This document shows positions 9,023 to 18,985 of a DNA stretch of 64,000 nucleotides, in pieces (positions within the stretch are counted from its first letter, which is position 1; each line of letters opens with the position of its first letter). Below the pieces are notes generated by a model. The model saw only the letters and a list, made by a program, of their open reading frames with translations, was not told the DNA's origin and did no database searches. The DNA lies in the NCBI GenBank assembly GCA_965205015.1, contig OZ242029.1:5440001-5504000 (forward strand). The letters are read 5' to 3'. The DNA comes from Candidatus Poribacteria bacterium. Lineage in GTDB: Bacteria; Poribacteria; WGA-4E; WGA-3G. The translations under genes were made by a program, and so were the position numbers.

Positions 9023-10411
9023 ATGGCAGTACACCTTTTGACAGACGCGCAGATGCGGCATTTCATTGTGAACGGTTATGTGACCGTCACTACCGAATTG
9101 CCTGCGCAATTTCACGATGCAATCTACGAGAAGACGGTAACGGTCTTTGACAAGGAAGGCAATCCGGGTAATAACATGATACCGCGGATCCCAGAGATTC
9201 AGCAAATTCTTGACGATCCGAACGTGAGTGGGGCTTTGACCAGTCTGCTTGGCGCGGACTATTATAAGCAACCGCACCGCCATCCGCACTACAATCCACC
9301 GGGTAGCAATGGACAGGGAATGCACCAAGATGGTGGGAAACGCTGGTCTCATCACACCCGCAGACTGCTGGTTTTCTATTATCCGCAAGATACCCCCATC
9401 GAACTCGGTCCAACGGGTATAGTCCCGATGAGCCATTATTATAGCACGCGTGAAGGGGCGGAGATCTCTCCAGAACAACCAATTGTCGGGAAAGCGGGAA
9501 CAGTCGCTTTTGCAAACTATGACCTCTGGCACCGGGCAATGCCCAACAGTAGCGAGAAGAAACGCTACATGATGAAGTTCCTCTACGCTCGGATGTCAGA
9601 ACCGCACGAACCCACCTGGGCAAACAAGGAAACAGAGTGGGCAAACGGCACATCTGTGGGACCTATCGAACATCAGGAGATGTTTCGACACCTTTGGAAC
9701 TGGCATCGGGGCAAGGAATTCGGGGTTGAAAACCCCTCCCACAACAAAACATCGAACGGGGAATCATTATCCGGTTTAATCAGTTCTCTCAATAGCACAT
9801 CGGAATCGACAGGATTGCAGGCGGCTTATGAAATGCCAAAATTTGGTGAGAAGGCGGTGCCTGCCTTGGTTCGGTGTTTGCAAGATGAATCGGAGATGAC
9901 GCGCCGAAATGCCTGTTACGCCCTCAATGCGGTCGGAACGCCGGTCGTTGATGCCTTACAAGAGGCGTTGAAAGATTCCCGTGAACACGTGCGGGATAAC
10001 GCTGCGGAAGCACTCGGTGACTTGGGACATAAGGCAGAATCCGCGGTGCCTGCGTTGGTGGAAACGTTAGCAGCGGATACTTCAGGTTCTGTGCGGTCAC
10101 ACACAATAGAGGCATTAGGAACGACGAGTCAAGCGAGTTCAATTGCTGTTCCCGGTCTTGTGAAGGCATTAGAGGATTCGCACGAGGGTGCCCGGCGAAA
10201 TGCGGTCTTCGCGCTGGCGCGGATTGGTCCGAACGCGACTGCGGCGGTTGAAGGGTTACAGAATGTGTTGTTCGATGAAAACCGTTATGTCCGCGGTGAT
10301 GCGGTCCACGCACTCCACCGTATCGGCACACCGGCAGCGAAGGCAGCCCTCCTTGGTTACCTTGAGACGACCCGCTGGTGCCCGCTGACCTCAAAAGAGA
10401 GTACGTTTTAG
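9023..10411 (+). CDS. PhyH-family dioxygenase fused to HEAT/PBS-lyase repeats
   Basis: HQD...LWHRA triad in N-terminal half; repeated AVPALV..L.D....VR..AA.ALG units in C-terminal half. Confidence 0.88.
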   Translation: MAVHLLTDAQMRHFIVNGYVTVTTELPAQFHDAIYEKTVTVFDKEGNPGNNMIPRIPEIQQILDDPNVSGALTSLLGADYYKQPHRHPHYNPPGSNGQGMHQDGGKRWSHHTRRLLVFYYPQDTPIELGPTGIVPMSHYYSTREGAEISPEQPIVGKAGTVAFANYDLWHRAMPNSSEKKRYMMKFLYARMSEPHEPTWANKETEWANGTSVGPIEHQEMFRHLWNWHRGKEFGVENPSHNKTSNGESLSGLISSLNSTSESTGLQAAYEMPKFGEKAVPALVRCLQDESEMTRRNACYALNAVGTPVVDALQEALKDSREHVRDNAAEALGDLGHKAESAVPALVETLAADTSGSVRSHTIEALGTTSQASSIAVPGLVKALEDSHEGARRNAVFALARIGPNATAAVEGLQNVLFDENRYVRGDAVHALHRIGTPAAKAALLGYLETTRWCPLTSKESTF

Positions 10412-10436
10412 GTGAAAAAGATTGCTACATAGAACG

Positions 10437-10458
10437 GGCGAGGTTGGGAAACCTCGCC
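10437..10458. terminator. Hairpin between convergent genes (REP-like or bidirectional terminator)
   Basis: GGCGAGGTT-GGGA-AACCTCGCC; near-identical hairpin lies inside MITEs at 32778 and 37613. Confidence 0.6.
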
Positions 10459-10500
10459 AGCGATCGGTATAAAATGGGATTCAAGAACGCGAGGTAATGC

Positions 10501-11217
10501 CTACGTAAAGAATTCCTCGTTATACGGGCGGACATCCACCTCAAAAGTCCACGCGCTCCGCTCCTGCTGTATCAACGCCCAATAGGTATCGGCAATCGCA
10601 TCGGGTTCAAGGAGCGGTTCATTCTCGGCGAGTTTATAGCGTTGTCGCACCCCCGGTGTATCAATGACGCCATCAATGATGACATGGGCGACGTGAATGC
10701 CGTGCGGACCGACTTCGCGGGCGAGTGCGGATGCTAAGCCGCGCGTCGCATACTTGGCACTGCTGAACGCTAACGCGTTTGCCCTACCACGAACAGCAGA
10801 GGTCGCCCCTGTAAAGAGAATCTTCCCGCCGCCTTTCTTGAGCATCCCCGGAACCACCTGTTTTGAACAGAGGAACCCACCGAGGGTGCAAACACGCCAC
10901 GCCCCTTCAAACGCTTCGGGGGTAAGGTCTGCGAAACTCCCCCACGCGGCGTTTGCGGCATGATTCACCAAAATATCGGGATCGCCGAGTTCCGCTCGAA
11001 TACGATCGAAACTCCCTGATACCTGCTCAGCATCAGCAATATCCGTGGGAATAGGGATAACTGTGCGTCCGGATTCTCCCAATCTCGTGGATAGGTTCTT
11101 AATGTAGGCGGATGAGCGAGAGAGGAGTGCTACATCGCAGCCTTCCTGTACAAATTTACGCGCAAGCGCAGCCCCTAAGCCGGGACCCACACCCGCGATA
11201 ACTGCTGTTTTTTTCAT
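10501..11217 (-). CDS. SDR family oxidoreductase
   Basis: AGVGPGLG, TGATS, FSSAK, HVAHVIIDG. Confidence 0.9.
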   Translation of the reverse strand: MKKTAVIAGVGPGLGAALARKFVQEGCDVALLSRSSAYIKNLSTRLGESGRTVIPIPTDIADAEQVSGSFDRIRAELGDPDILVNHAANAAWGSFADLTPEAFEGAWRVCTLGGFLCSKQVVPGMLKKGGGKILFTGATSAVRGRANALAFSSAKYATRGLASALAREVGPHGIHVAHVIIDGVIDTPGVRQRYKLAENEPLLEPDAIADTYWALIQQERSAWTFEVDVRPYNEEFFT

Positions 11218-11228
11218 AGTGATTCCTT

Positions 11229-12440
11229 TTACTCGTGTCTGAGCGCATCAATCGGATGAAGTTTTGCTGCCTTCCACGCGGGATACGCCCCGAAAAAGAC
11301 CCCTACCAACGCGCTAACAACAAAAGCGGCTGCTGCGTACATCAGTGAGACAACGGTCCGCCATCCCCAGATGGATGGCACCATCTCGGCACCGATGATT
11401 CCAACGCCAATCCCGACAAGCCCGCCAACAAGCGCGAGCGTTGTAGATTCAACAAGGAATTGAACGAGGATATCGGCGCGCTGCGCACCCACGGCTTTTC
11501 GGAGCCCAATCTCCTTCGTCCGCTCCGTCACAGAGACGAGCATGATGTTCATAATACCGATACCACCGACGACAAGTGAAACGATCGCAATTCCTAAAAT
11601 CATGTTGGTAAAGGTCTGACTTGATTCCTCCAGGGTTTCCATGAATTCCGCTTGGTTTCTGATGTGAAAGTCGAGTTCCTTGTTTATTGGGATCTTGTGT
11701 TGCTTGCGGAGCAGCTCTGTCACCTCAGTTTCCGCTGCTTGAATGAGTTTATCGTCATTTGCCTGTATACTGATACTCGACAGGTATTCCTCCCCAAAAA
11801 CGCGTTTCATAGCCGTCGTATAAGGAATGAAAACCTGATCATCTGGGTTTCGCCATCCGCTCGCGCCTTTCTCTTTCATAACTCCCAAGACGTGAAAACC
11901 GACCCCTTTAATTTTCACTGTCTTGCCGACGGGTTCTATGGTTTCAAAGAGACTGTCAGCAACGGTTTTTCCGAGGACACATACGCGCTGACGGTATCGA
12001 ATGTCGCTATCCGTAAAAAATCGTCCCTTTTCAACGGTAAAATTTGCGGTGACGAGATATTCTGGGGAGGTCCCAACGATAGTCGTGTTTGTATTTTTAT
12101 TCAGGTACTTCACCTGTGCGCGATTGCTTACCTCTGGGGTGACATACCCAAAAGTCTCGCCGCGTTCTTGTAACGCCTCTATATCCTCGACAGTGAGGCT
12201 TTTACGGGCATCAGCAGAACCACGTCCCCGAAACATGCTCTGCCCGGGTCGGACGGCGAGGATGTTCGCACCCAGTGTCTGAATCCGTTCGGTGATGTCG
12301 GCTTTCGCGCCTTCACCAATTGAGGTCGTGGTTATAATTGCGCCAACACCGATGATAACGCCCAACATTGTCAACAGGGATCGGAGTTTATTTGCCAATA
12401 AGGCACTCAATGCATTTGTAAGACTCTCCAAGATACTCAT
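11229..12440 (-). CDS. MacB/FtsX-type ABC transporter permease
   Basis: NKLRSLLTMLGVIIGV, GGIGIMNIMLVSVTERTKEIGLRKAVGA, PIDALRHE. Confidence 0.95.
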   Translation of the reverse strand: MSILESLTNALSALLANKLRSLLTMLGVIIGVGAIITTTSIGEGAKADITERIQTLGANILAVRPGQSMFRGRGSADARKSLTVEDIEALQERGETFGYVTPEVSNRAQVKYLNKNTNTTIVGTSPEYLVTANFTVEKGRFFTDSDIRYRQRVCVLGKTVADSLFETIEPVGKTVKIKGVGFHVLGVMKEKGASGWRNPDDQVFIPYTTAMKRVFGEEYLSSISIQANDDKLIQAAETEVTELLRKQHKIPINKELDFHIRNQAEFMETLEESSQTFTNMILGIAIVSLVVGGIGIMNIMLVSVTERTKEIGLRKAVGAQRADILVQFLVESTTLALVGGLVGIGVGIIGAEMVPSIWGWRTVVSLMYAAAAFVVSALVGVFFGAYPAWKAAKLHPIDALRHE

Positions 12441-12474
12441 AGCATTTCCTCCCAGCACCATTCAGCCTAAAGAT

Positions 12475-12555
12475 GAGTTCCCTCCTACACACCTGGTGAT
12501 AGTATAAGAATGCGTCGGGAATCGGAGTTCCCTCCTACACACCTGGTGATAGTAT
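12475..12555. repeat. 31-bp direct repeat (x2) containing a GTAG-type hairpin
   Basis: gagttccctcctacacacctggtgatagtat at 12475-12505 and 12525-12555. Confidence 0.85.
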
Positions 12556-14625
12556 TTACCGTCCTCGAGGACCGCCGCCACCGCCCATTCGACGCATTGT
12601 GGAAGCGGGGTTCTGCATCATGCGTCGCCGCCAATCCTCGCCGCCACCCCCGCGCTCAAAACCTCCGATTGCGACGACATCTCCTTCAGTAAGCCCAGAA
12701 ACGATTTCGATCTTGTCAAAGCTGCTGACACCCGCCACAATCGGTTGTGGACGGCCGGGTTGCCCGTCTTCACCAACAAGTCTGACCATCTTCCTGCCTC
12801 GCATATCAAGGACCGCCTCAGCAGGCAGCGTCAGAATGCCAATTTTATTGACGGCTGAGATTTGAACGCTGGCATTCATGCCGGGTTTGAGGAAGGGTAT
12901 CTTTGCATCTTCAGTCTCTGTTGATTCGGGTTGTGCGGGTGCTTCTTCAACAGGAGCTTCCGCAAAAAAGCCGCCGAAAAGTCCACCCCAATCGTCTGCG
13001 TCATCAGTATCTTCCGCCTTCGCAACAGGCTGCTCCTGTGTCGGTTGCGTGGGAGTTTCTTGGGAGGTGGGTCTTGATCTTTCACCGGTACCACCACCCT
13101 CTGCCTGGCGTTGTTGACGCATTGCCCGGAAACGTGCGCGCTGCTCTTCCGTCATATTTGCCAAGTCCGGACGGGTACCACCGCCTTGCCATCTTCCGGG
13201 ACCCCCCCGCATCCCTTGCGGTGTTCCTGTAGCTTCCACATTTTTCAACTCGGAGGTTACTTCAAAAGTCGTCACATTCTGAAGAGACAGTCCTTGGGGT
13301 GCGATCTTCAAGACTTCGCCCTGAAATGGTGTATCGGGATAGGCTTCGACTGTAATCGTCACGGGTTGTCCTATCTCCACCTTACCGATGTCGGTTTCAT
13401 CTACCTCTGTTACGACATAGACGGTGTCAAGGTCTGCCATGGTGACAAGCGTCTGTCCTTCTTCTGAGGCGAGCGAGGAGAGGCGCGAGGTAATCACCTG
13501 CCCCTGCTCCACTTTCTTTTCCAGGATTGTTCCAGCGATGGGTGCCTTGATGATGGTATCGTCATATTCAATTTGACGGAGTTCGAGCTGCGTTTCACTG
13601 CGTTTGACGGATGAGCGTGCGGTCTCCAGATCGCGTTGTTTACGTTCGATCTGTTTCCGGTTCGCTCTTGTGAGTTTCAAAGCCTCTTCCGCTTGGACGA
13701 TCCGTTGCTGCTGAAGTTCGATATCCATGTCTCGGGTGGCTTCCGCCTCCACTCGCTCTCTGGCAACTTCAAGGTTAAATTCCGCCTTTTTAATATCGGC
13801 GGCTCCCAATTCGAGTTCAGCCTCAGTCGCTGGTTCCTCAACCAATTTCAGATTTTCTTCAGCAGACCGATGCCGCGCTTGTGCTGATTTAAGCTGTGCC
13901 TGTGAAGACTCTAAGGAGGCTTGTGAAATGAGTTCTTTCTCGTAAAGTTTTTTATTTCGCTCATGCTCTGCTGTTACCAACTCTAAGTTTGCCGCTTCCT
14001 GATCCAGGGAGTTTTTCGCGCGCCGTCTATTTTCTTCCCGGACTTCATCGGAGGTTAGCAACTTATACCGAATTTTGGCAATATTGAGGCTATTTTCTGC
14101 ATCCATTACACCCCGGGCATTCGCTATCTTTTCAAGACGGATCTCTTCCTTCAACTGGACGAGTCGCTGCTGGGCTTCAATCAGAGATTCCTCCGCCTGA
14201 CGAATCTGGATTGCTGACTGCTCCTTCTGGAGTTCAAAGTCAATTTCTGCCTGTTGCAAACGCGCTTGCGCAGATCTCAAATCGGCTTCAGCCTGCTCCA
14301 AACTAATTTGGACGTAAGTGGTTTCGATGACGGCAATGATTTCATCTTTCTCGACGTAATCACCCGCATCAACTCTGAGTTCCAGAATCTTTCCGCTCGC
14401 TTTGGAACTGACTTCAACAATATTCAACGGCTTAATAGTGCCTGTGGCATCAATCGTCACAGCAATATCGCCGCGTTCGACCATTGCCGTTTTTACCTCT
14501 GATGCCTCAGCACTGTCTGTACCGTTCCCGTTCGTAAATACGATGAATCCTACGGCAACGGCGGCTCCTATCAGTAGCACCGCGCCAACAATTGCAACAA
14601 TTTTCCATTTCCCTAATCCTAACAT
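12556..14625 (-). CDS. MacA/HlyD-type periplasmic adaptor with long coiled coil and disordered inserts
   Basis: N-terminal TM, VEVSSKASGKI lipoyl half, IKAPIAGTI, VDETDIGKV, LKPGMNA. Confidence 0.9.
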   Translation of the reverse strand: MLGLGKWKIVAIVGAVLLIGAAVAVGFIVFTNGNGTDSAEASEVKTAMVERGDIAVTIDATGTIKPLNIVEVSSKASGKILELRVDAGDYVEKDEIIAVIETTYVQISLEQAEADLRSAQARLQQAEIDFELQKEQSAIQIRQAEESLIEAQQRLVQLKEEIRLEKIANARGVMDAENSLNIAKIRYKLLTSDEVREENRRRAKNSLDQEAANLELVTAEHERNKKLYEKELISQASLESSQAQLKSAQARHRSAEENLKLVEEPATEAELELGAADIKKAEFNLEVARERVEAEATRDMDIELQQQRIVQAEEALKLTRANRKQIERKQRDLETARSSVKRSETQLELRQIEYDDTIIKAPIAGTILEKKVEQGQVITSRLSSLASEEGQTLVTMADLDTVYVVTEVDETDIGKVEIGQPVTITVEAYPDTPFQGEVLKIAPQGLSLQNVTTFEVTSELKNVEATGTPQGMRGGPGRWQGGGTRPDLANMTEEQRARFRAMRQQRQAEGGGTGERSRPTSQETPTQPTQEQPVAKAEDTDDADDWGGLFGGFFAEAPVEEAPAQPESTETEDAKIPFLKPGMNASVQISAVNKIGILTLPAEAVLDMRGRKMVRLVGEDGQPGRPQPIVAGVSSFDKIEIVSGLTEGDVVAIGGFERGGGGEDWRRRMMQNPASTMRRMGGGGGPRGR

Positions 14626-14749
14626 GGAAACCCCCTCCTGACCTTAAATAATATGCTTCTCCGTGCCACCCTCACTCACTAAAAGCGTTCACTGTTTAAG
14701 TTAGTCAAATCCGCAAGAGAAAAGTTCGACTTTTCGGTGGACTTGACTT

Positions 14750-15763
14750 CTACAAACTCGGCATATCGACCGCGCTGTCTCGCCGTTCATGCATATTTTT
14801 TTCCATCGCTTCAGGATACCGATCTGGAAGATGTGAGACTTTATTGAGTTTTTGAAGGGCATCGCCTTCAAGCCTCCACCCGGATGCCCCGAGATTATCG
14901 CGTAAATGCCCCGTATGCCTCGCCCCGACGATCACTGAAGTCATTGTTCGCTGTTCAAGCACCCATCGGAGCGCAACTTGAGCAGGACTATGTCCAAGTT
15001 CGTCAGAAACGTCAAGGAGTGCCTGTAACGTTTCATCGGCGTTGTCGGCGAAATAGCGTTCTGGATACGCCCACCCTTCAGCCGATCGCGTTCCGCCTTG
15101 TGTGCGTTCGCCCGGTCTATATTTCCCAGAGAGAAATCCACCCGCTAACGGACTCCACACGACGACACCAAGCCCTTTACGTTCACAGAGGGGTACAATC
15201 TCTTGCTCTATATCTCGAACGACGAGACTGTATTGCGGTTGATAGCATGCAAATCGGACCCAATTGTTTACATCGCTGAGCCATAACGCTTCGGACAGTC
15301 GCCACGCTTGGTAGTTGCTACACGCCGTATAGCGGACTTTCCCTTGTTGAACGAGATCGTCCAGCGCGCGGAGCATCTCCTCTAACGGTGTTTGCGTATC
15401 AACGTGATGAATATAGTAGATGTCTACATAGTCCATCTGCAGGCGTTTGAGGCTATCGTCAATCGCCTGCATGATATGGGCGCGAGACATCCCGGAATCG
15501 TTGGGACCGGTGCCCATCGGGTTGAAAAATTTGGTTGCGATGACCGCATCGCGTCGTCTGCCCTTGAGTGCCTTGCCGAGGAGGACTTCGGATTCGCCTT
15601 CGGCATAAGAGTTCGCTGTATCAAAAAAGTTGACCCCCGCATCCAGCGCGAGGTCCACCATGCGGTTTGTTTCTGCCTCGTCGGCACCGTGACCAAAGGT
15701 CATTGTTCCTAAACAGATTTCGGATACCTTAATCCCGCTTCTTCCGAGTCTTCTATATTCCAC
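14750..15763 (-). CDS. Aldo/keto reductase
   Basis: LGRSGIKVSEICLGTMTFG, FDTANSY, ATK, YYIHH, WSPLAGG. Confidence 0.95.
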   Translation of the reverse strand: MEYRRLGRSGIKVSEICLGTMTFGHGADEAETNRMVDLALDAGVNFFDTANSYAEGESEVLLGKALKGRRRDAVIATKFFNPMGTGPNDSGMSRAHIMQAIDDSLKRLQMDYVDIYYIHHVDTQTPLEEMLRALDDLVQQGKVRYTACSNYQAWRLSEALWLSDVNNWVRFACYQPQYSLVVRDIEQEIVPLCERKGLGVVVWSPLAGGFLSGKYRPGERTQGGTRSAEGWAYPERYFADNADETLQALLDVSDELGHSPAQVALRWVLEQRTMTSVIVGARHTGHLRDNLGASGWRLEGDALQKLNKVSHLPDRYPEAMEKNMHERRDSAVDMPSL

Positions 15764-15784
15764 GTTTTTCCTCCGTTTTATAGT

Positions 15785-17518
15785 TTACGCATTGCCCAAG
15801 GGCACCGCTTTTTGAGCAACCTCCAAAATAGCATCAAGCACTTTAGTGACTTCCGGATCAATCTGCTCTGTTGACACATATTGGACTAAAGTATGATAAT
15901 TTGTTTTTTGCATGAGGTTCGGCATTTCCAATTTTTCAAAGAACGTTTCAAACAGTCCATCCAAAAAATCGTCAGTCACCTTGATATCTGGAGACCAAGG
16001 TGATTCTTGACGAAGTGTTTCTCGGGCTTCTTCAATCTCCGTAATCCTTTCCTCCATTATAGACACCCAGGGTATTGAGAATAGTGGACCTCCAATTCGT
16101 TCTTCCGCCTCCGCACGTGCCCAGTCAATTAACACCTGTCTGCTGGAGACAATGTAATTCTCAATCTCACGCCTTTGCCACGCGTATTCTATTAATTCAG
16201 GAGGCGTCTGAAGTTGGTCAGAAATTCGATCAAAGAGACAGAATCCGACGAGGTCAGGCTTTGCCTCACGCAAACCGTAAAAGTGTTTACGTGCCTCCGT
16301 CGGTTGATTACCAACATAATGAACGTAAGGACGTTCTAATACAGCCACTGCATCATGTGAAAGTTTTTCTGCAAACGCCTGCAGGATTGCGAGATCCGTT
16401 GCGCCTTCAAGGTAAAGCACCCAACCCTGTTGCTGTGCCTGATAGTACTGTTCAAAACCAATCGTCCGAAGCGATTTAAGAAGGTGACTACCGCGATCAT
16501 CAATTCGGTGGGGTTTGCCAAGAAAGGCGATAACAACATCGCGATCCGCTGCCTCATTGAGGATAACTTCAGAATGACTCGCAGCAACGATCTGACTGTC
16601 ATTTTCAATTGCTGACTCTGTAAGGATCTGATAAATCTGACGTTGCCGAAGGATTTCAAGATGTGCATCTGGCTCATCAAGTAAAAGGATAGATTTAGGG
16701 TGGGCTGCTATATAGGCGAGTAGTAGTAGCGTTTGTTGCAAGCCCCGTCCCGATGAAGAGAGATCAAGAGAAATACCAGATTCATCTCGATAGTTCATTG
16801 CAATCTCCCCACGCTCCTGAATATAATTGGGTTCATCGAGGTGGACACCGAATAACGAATGGATTTGCGCACAGAGTTTCTGCCACTTTTGGGCATTCTC
16901 TGAAACCTGATAGCAGAGATTACGCAACACCTCTGCTGTTCGTCCCTCTCCGATTCGCACGTTGATTGCCCCTTCATCAAGTCGTGTCTCATTGGAAGCA
17001 AGCCCAGACATCGGCGGGAGGAAGGCAACAGCAATCTCTTCCGCTTTGTCAGGAACAGGCATCCGCTCGGTATCTTTTTCATCTGTTTCTGGTACTCTCA
17101 AAGGACGACAGTAAAAGGATTCCTGATTGGCATAATCGAACTCGAAACCACACTGCCAGTTTTTACCGTCCGTAACACCCTCTACAATAATATCTATACG
17201 GATATTTTGGGTCCGTTGCCTACCTTCAATTCTTTCCACATCACGAACTTGCAAATCTCGCCAGAGCAATCGTGCGCTTGGTACTGGCACGGAGATTAGA
17301 TCACGTCGGTTTATAGCAACACCCGGACGTTTTTCTGGGTTTGCTCTCCCCTTGCGGTTCTCGTTCCAACGCCTGAGTGCTATCTCCCACAAAGCGAGTG
17401 CTTGTAACGCCGTTGTTTTGCCGGAATTATTTGGACCTATGAAGACAACAGGGTTCCCCAACTCGACTTCAACCTCGCCAAAGTTCTTGAAATTACGACA
17501 GATTAGTTTCGTTAACAT
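15785..17518 (-). CDS. ABC-type (AAA_15/AAA_21) ATPase with C-terminal TOPRIM-like domain, OLD-family-like
   Basis: Walker A GPNNSGKT, LSSSGRG signature, Walker B LLLDEPDAHL, ASHS, then LYLEGATD...FDR...REIENY. Confidence 0.8.
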   Translation of the reverse strand: MLTKLICRNFKNFGEVEVELGNPVVFIGPNNSGKTTALQALALWEIALRRWNENRKGRANPEKRPGVAINRRDLISVPVPSARLLWRDLQVRDVERIEGRQRTQNIRIDIIVEGVTDGKNWQCGFEFDYANQESFYCRPLRVPETDEKDTERMPVPDKAEEIAVAFLPPMSGLASNETRLDEGAINVRIGEGRTAEVLRNLCYQVSENAQKWQKLCAQIHSLFGVHLDEPNYIQERGEIAMNYRDESGISLDLSSSGRGLQQTLLLLAYIAAHPKSILLLDEPDAHLEILRQRQIYQILTESAIENDSQIVAASHSEVILNEAADRDVVIAFLGKPHRIDDRGSHLLKSLRTIGFEQYYQAQQQGWVLYLEGATDLAILQAFAEKLSHDAVAVLERPYVHYVGNQPTEARKHFYGLREAKPDLVGFCLFDRISDQLQTPPELIEYAWQRREIENYIVSSRQVLIDWARAEAEERIGGPLFSIPWVSIMEERITEIEEARETLRQESPWSPDIKVTDDFLDGLFETFFEKLEMPNLMQKTNYHTLVQYVSTEQIDPEVTKVLDAILEVAQKAVPLGNA

Positions 17519-17664
17519 TCTACTCCCTACCGCGATTACCCTTACGCGCAATGAATTGCGCGACTACAAACCAGATGGAACCTTTGAGGAACATTGGTAT
17601 TTTGAAGGTGTACTTGTTGATAACAAGGAAACTCTTTATCGCCTGTCTGCGTAAGTCTTACTTA

Positions 17665-17793
17665 TTATGGTAAATCCCATAATTAAGTGGACACTGGAGC
17701 GGGACGCTGTGAGTGGGCAGGTACAAGACCTAAGGAAACACCCCAGCAAAAACCCCCTACAAGATGTTTACTTATTTTTAGGATCCACCATAA
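17665..17793. mobile_element. MITE-like element family 1, copy A
   Basis: Imperfect ~30-bp TIRs TTATGGTAAATCCCATAATTAAGTGGACAC / GATGTTTACTTATTTTTAGGATCCACCATAA. Confidence 0.7.
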
Positions 17794-18833
17794 ACAGGGA
17801 CGGTCTCGCCTTCTGAGCGGAGTCCCGCTTCATAAACCTTCATTACTTCCAAGGCAAATTCAAGCGATCCTTGTTCTGCGGGTTTGCCTTCCAGAATGCA
17901 GTCACAGAAATATCGCATCTCTTGATAGAAGCCTTGTATGAATAGTCCTTTGTTTTCAAGGGTGCCGAGACTGTTTTGGGGTTCCCAGACGATAGCACCA
18001 CTGTCAAAACCTTCAGGGACATAACTCGTGCTGCCACTATAGTTGAAGGGCATGCCGCGTTGCAGTAAAACCCGTGTGCTGTTCCGAATCTCGGCGTGGC
18101 ATCCATCACCGAAGAATTGATAAAGCTCGGCGGGTTGTCCATACCTTGCACCATCAGCCAAATGAAAGTTCCCGAGCGCACCACTTTCGTATTCCAAGAT
18201 ACACGCGCCACCCCCCCGTTGTCCCCGGCGGACGGTCACAGCTGAAACCTTCCCGCCGACGGCTACAAACAACGACAGCGGATGACACCCGTTTTGGAGC
18301 CAATTGGTATGCGCTTTCTCACGCAACACCCGTTTGCCATCGATCGGTATCTGCATCGGATAGACCCCCAGAATGCTGCGTAAGGGACCGTATTCATCGG
18401 TTGCGAAGATTTCAATAATCTTCTGCGTGGCAGGCATGAACGCCTTTTTAAACCCGACAACAACGACACGATCCTTTCGGTGACGGATCATCTCTGAGAC
18501 TTCGGCAGCAAACATTCCGGGCGGCTTTTCCATCCAGACATGCATACCGGCATCTAACGCTTCACAGGTCAATTCGGGATGAAGACGCGGCGGGGCACAG
18601 AGAAAGATCGCGTCCAATTCTTCGTTACGAAACATCTCCGCCATACTCGGATAACACGCCTGAACACCGTATTGCTCGGCAGTGACGCGGGCGCGATCAA
18701 TATCGAGATCGCACAACGCTTTGAGCCGAATGGGGAGAAATGTTAGCGTCGGTAAGACATTGCGATAGCCGTGGGAACCGACACCGACGACAGCGACATT
18801 CAGTCTTTCCTCAAATTCTCTCTGATAACTCAT
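17778..18833 (-). CDS. Gfo/Idh/MocA oxidoreductase
   Basis: [20 protein letters not shown]. Confidence 0.9.
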   Translation of the reverse strand: MSYQREFEERLNVAVVGVGSHGYRNVLPTLTFLPIRLKALCDLDIDRARVTAEQYGVQACYPSMAEMFRNEELDAIFLCAPPRLHPELTCEALDAGMHVWMEKPPGMFAAEVSEMIRHRKDRVVVVGFKKAFMPATQKIIEIFATDEYGPLRSILGVYPMQIPIDGKRVLREKAHTNWLQNGCHPLSLFVAVGGKVSAVTVRRGQRGGGACILEYESGALGNFHLADGARYGQPAELYQFFGDGCHAEIRNSTRVLLQRGMPFNYSGSTSYVPEGFDSGAIVWEPQNSLGTLENKGLFIQGFYQEMRYFCDCILEGKPAEQGSLEFALEVMKVYEAGLRSEGETVPVYGGS

Positions 18834-18943
18834 ATTTTTAATTTACCTTGCGGTTCGGTTAGGTGAACAAGGGATTTGATGTCCCTTTCCGTAGACCCGC
18901 TTTCCACTTCGTTACAAGCTACACATTTGAGGCCTACTTTCAT
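18830..18943 (-). CDS. Putative 37-aa small ORF with CxxC
   Basis: [49 protein letters not shown] overlap with next gene; partly built from repeat DNA. Confidence 0.3.
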   Translation of the reverse strand: MKVGLKCVACNEVESGSTERDIKSLVHLTEPQGKLKI

Positions 18944-18985
18944 TTAATCTCCTAATTTACCTTGCGATTCGGTCAGGCACAGGGG

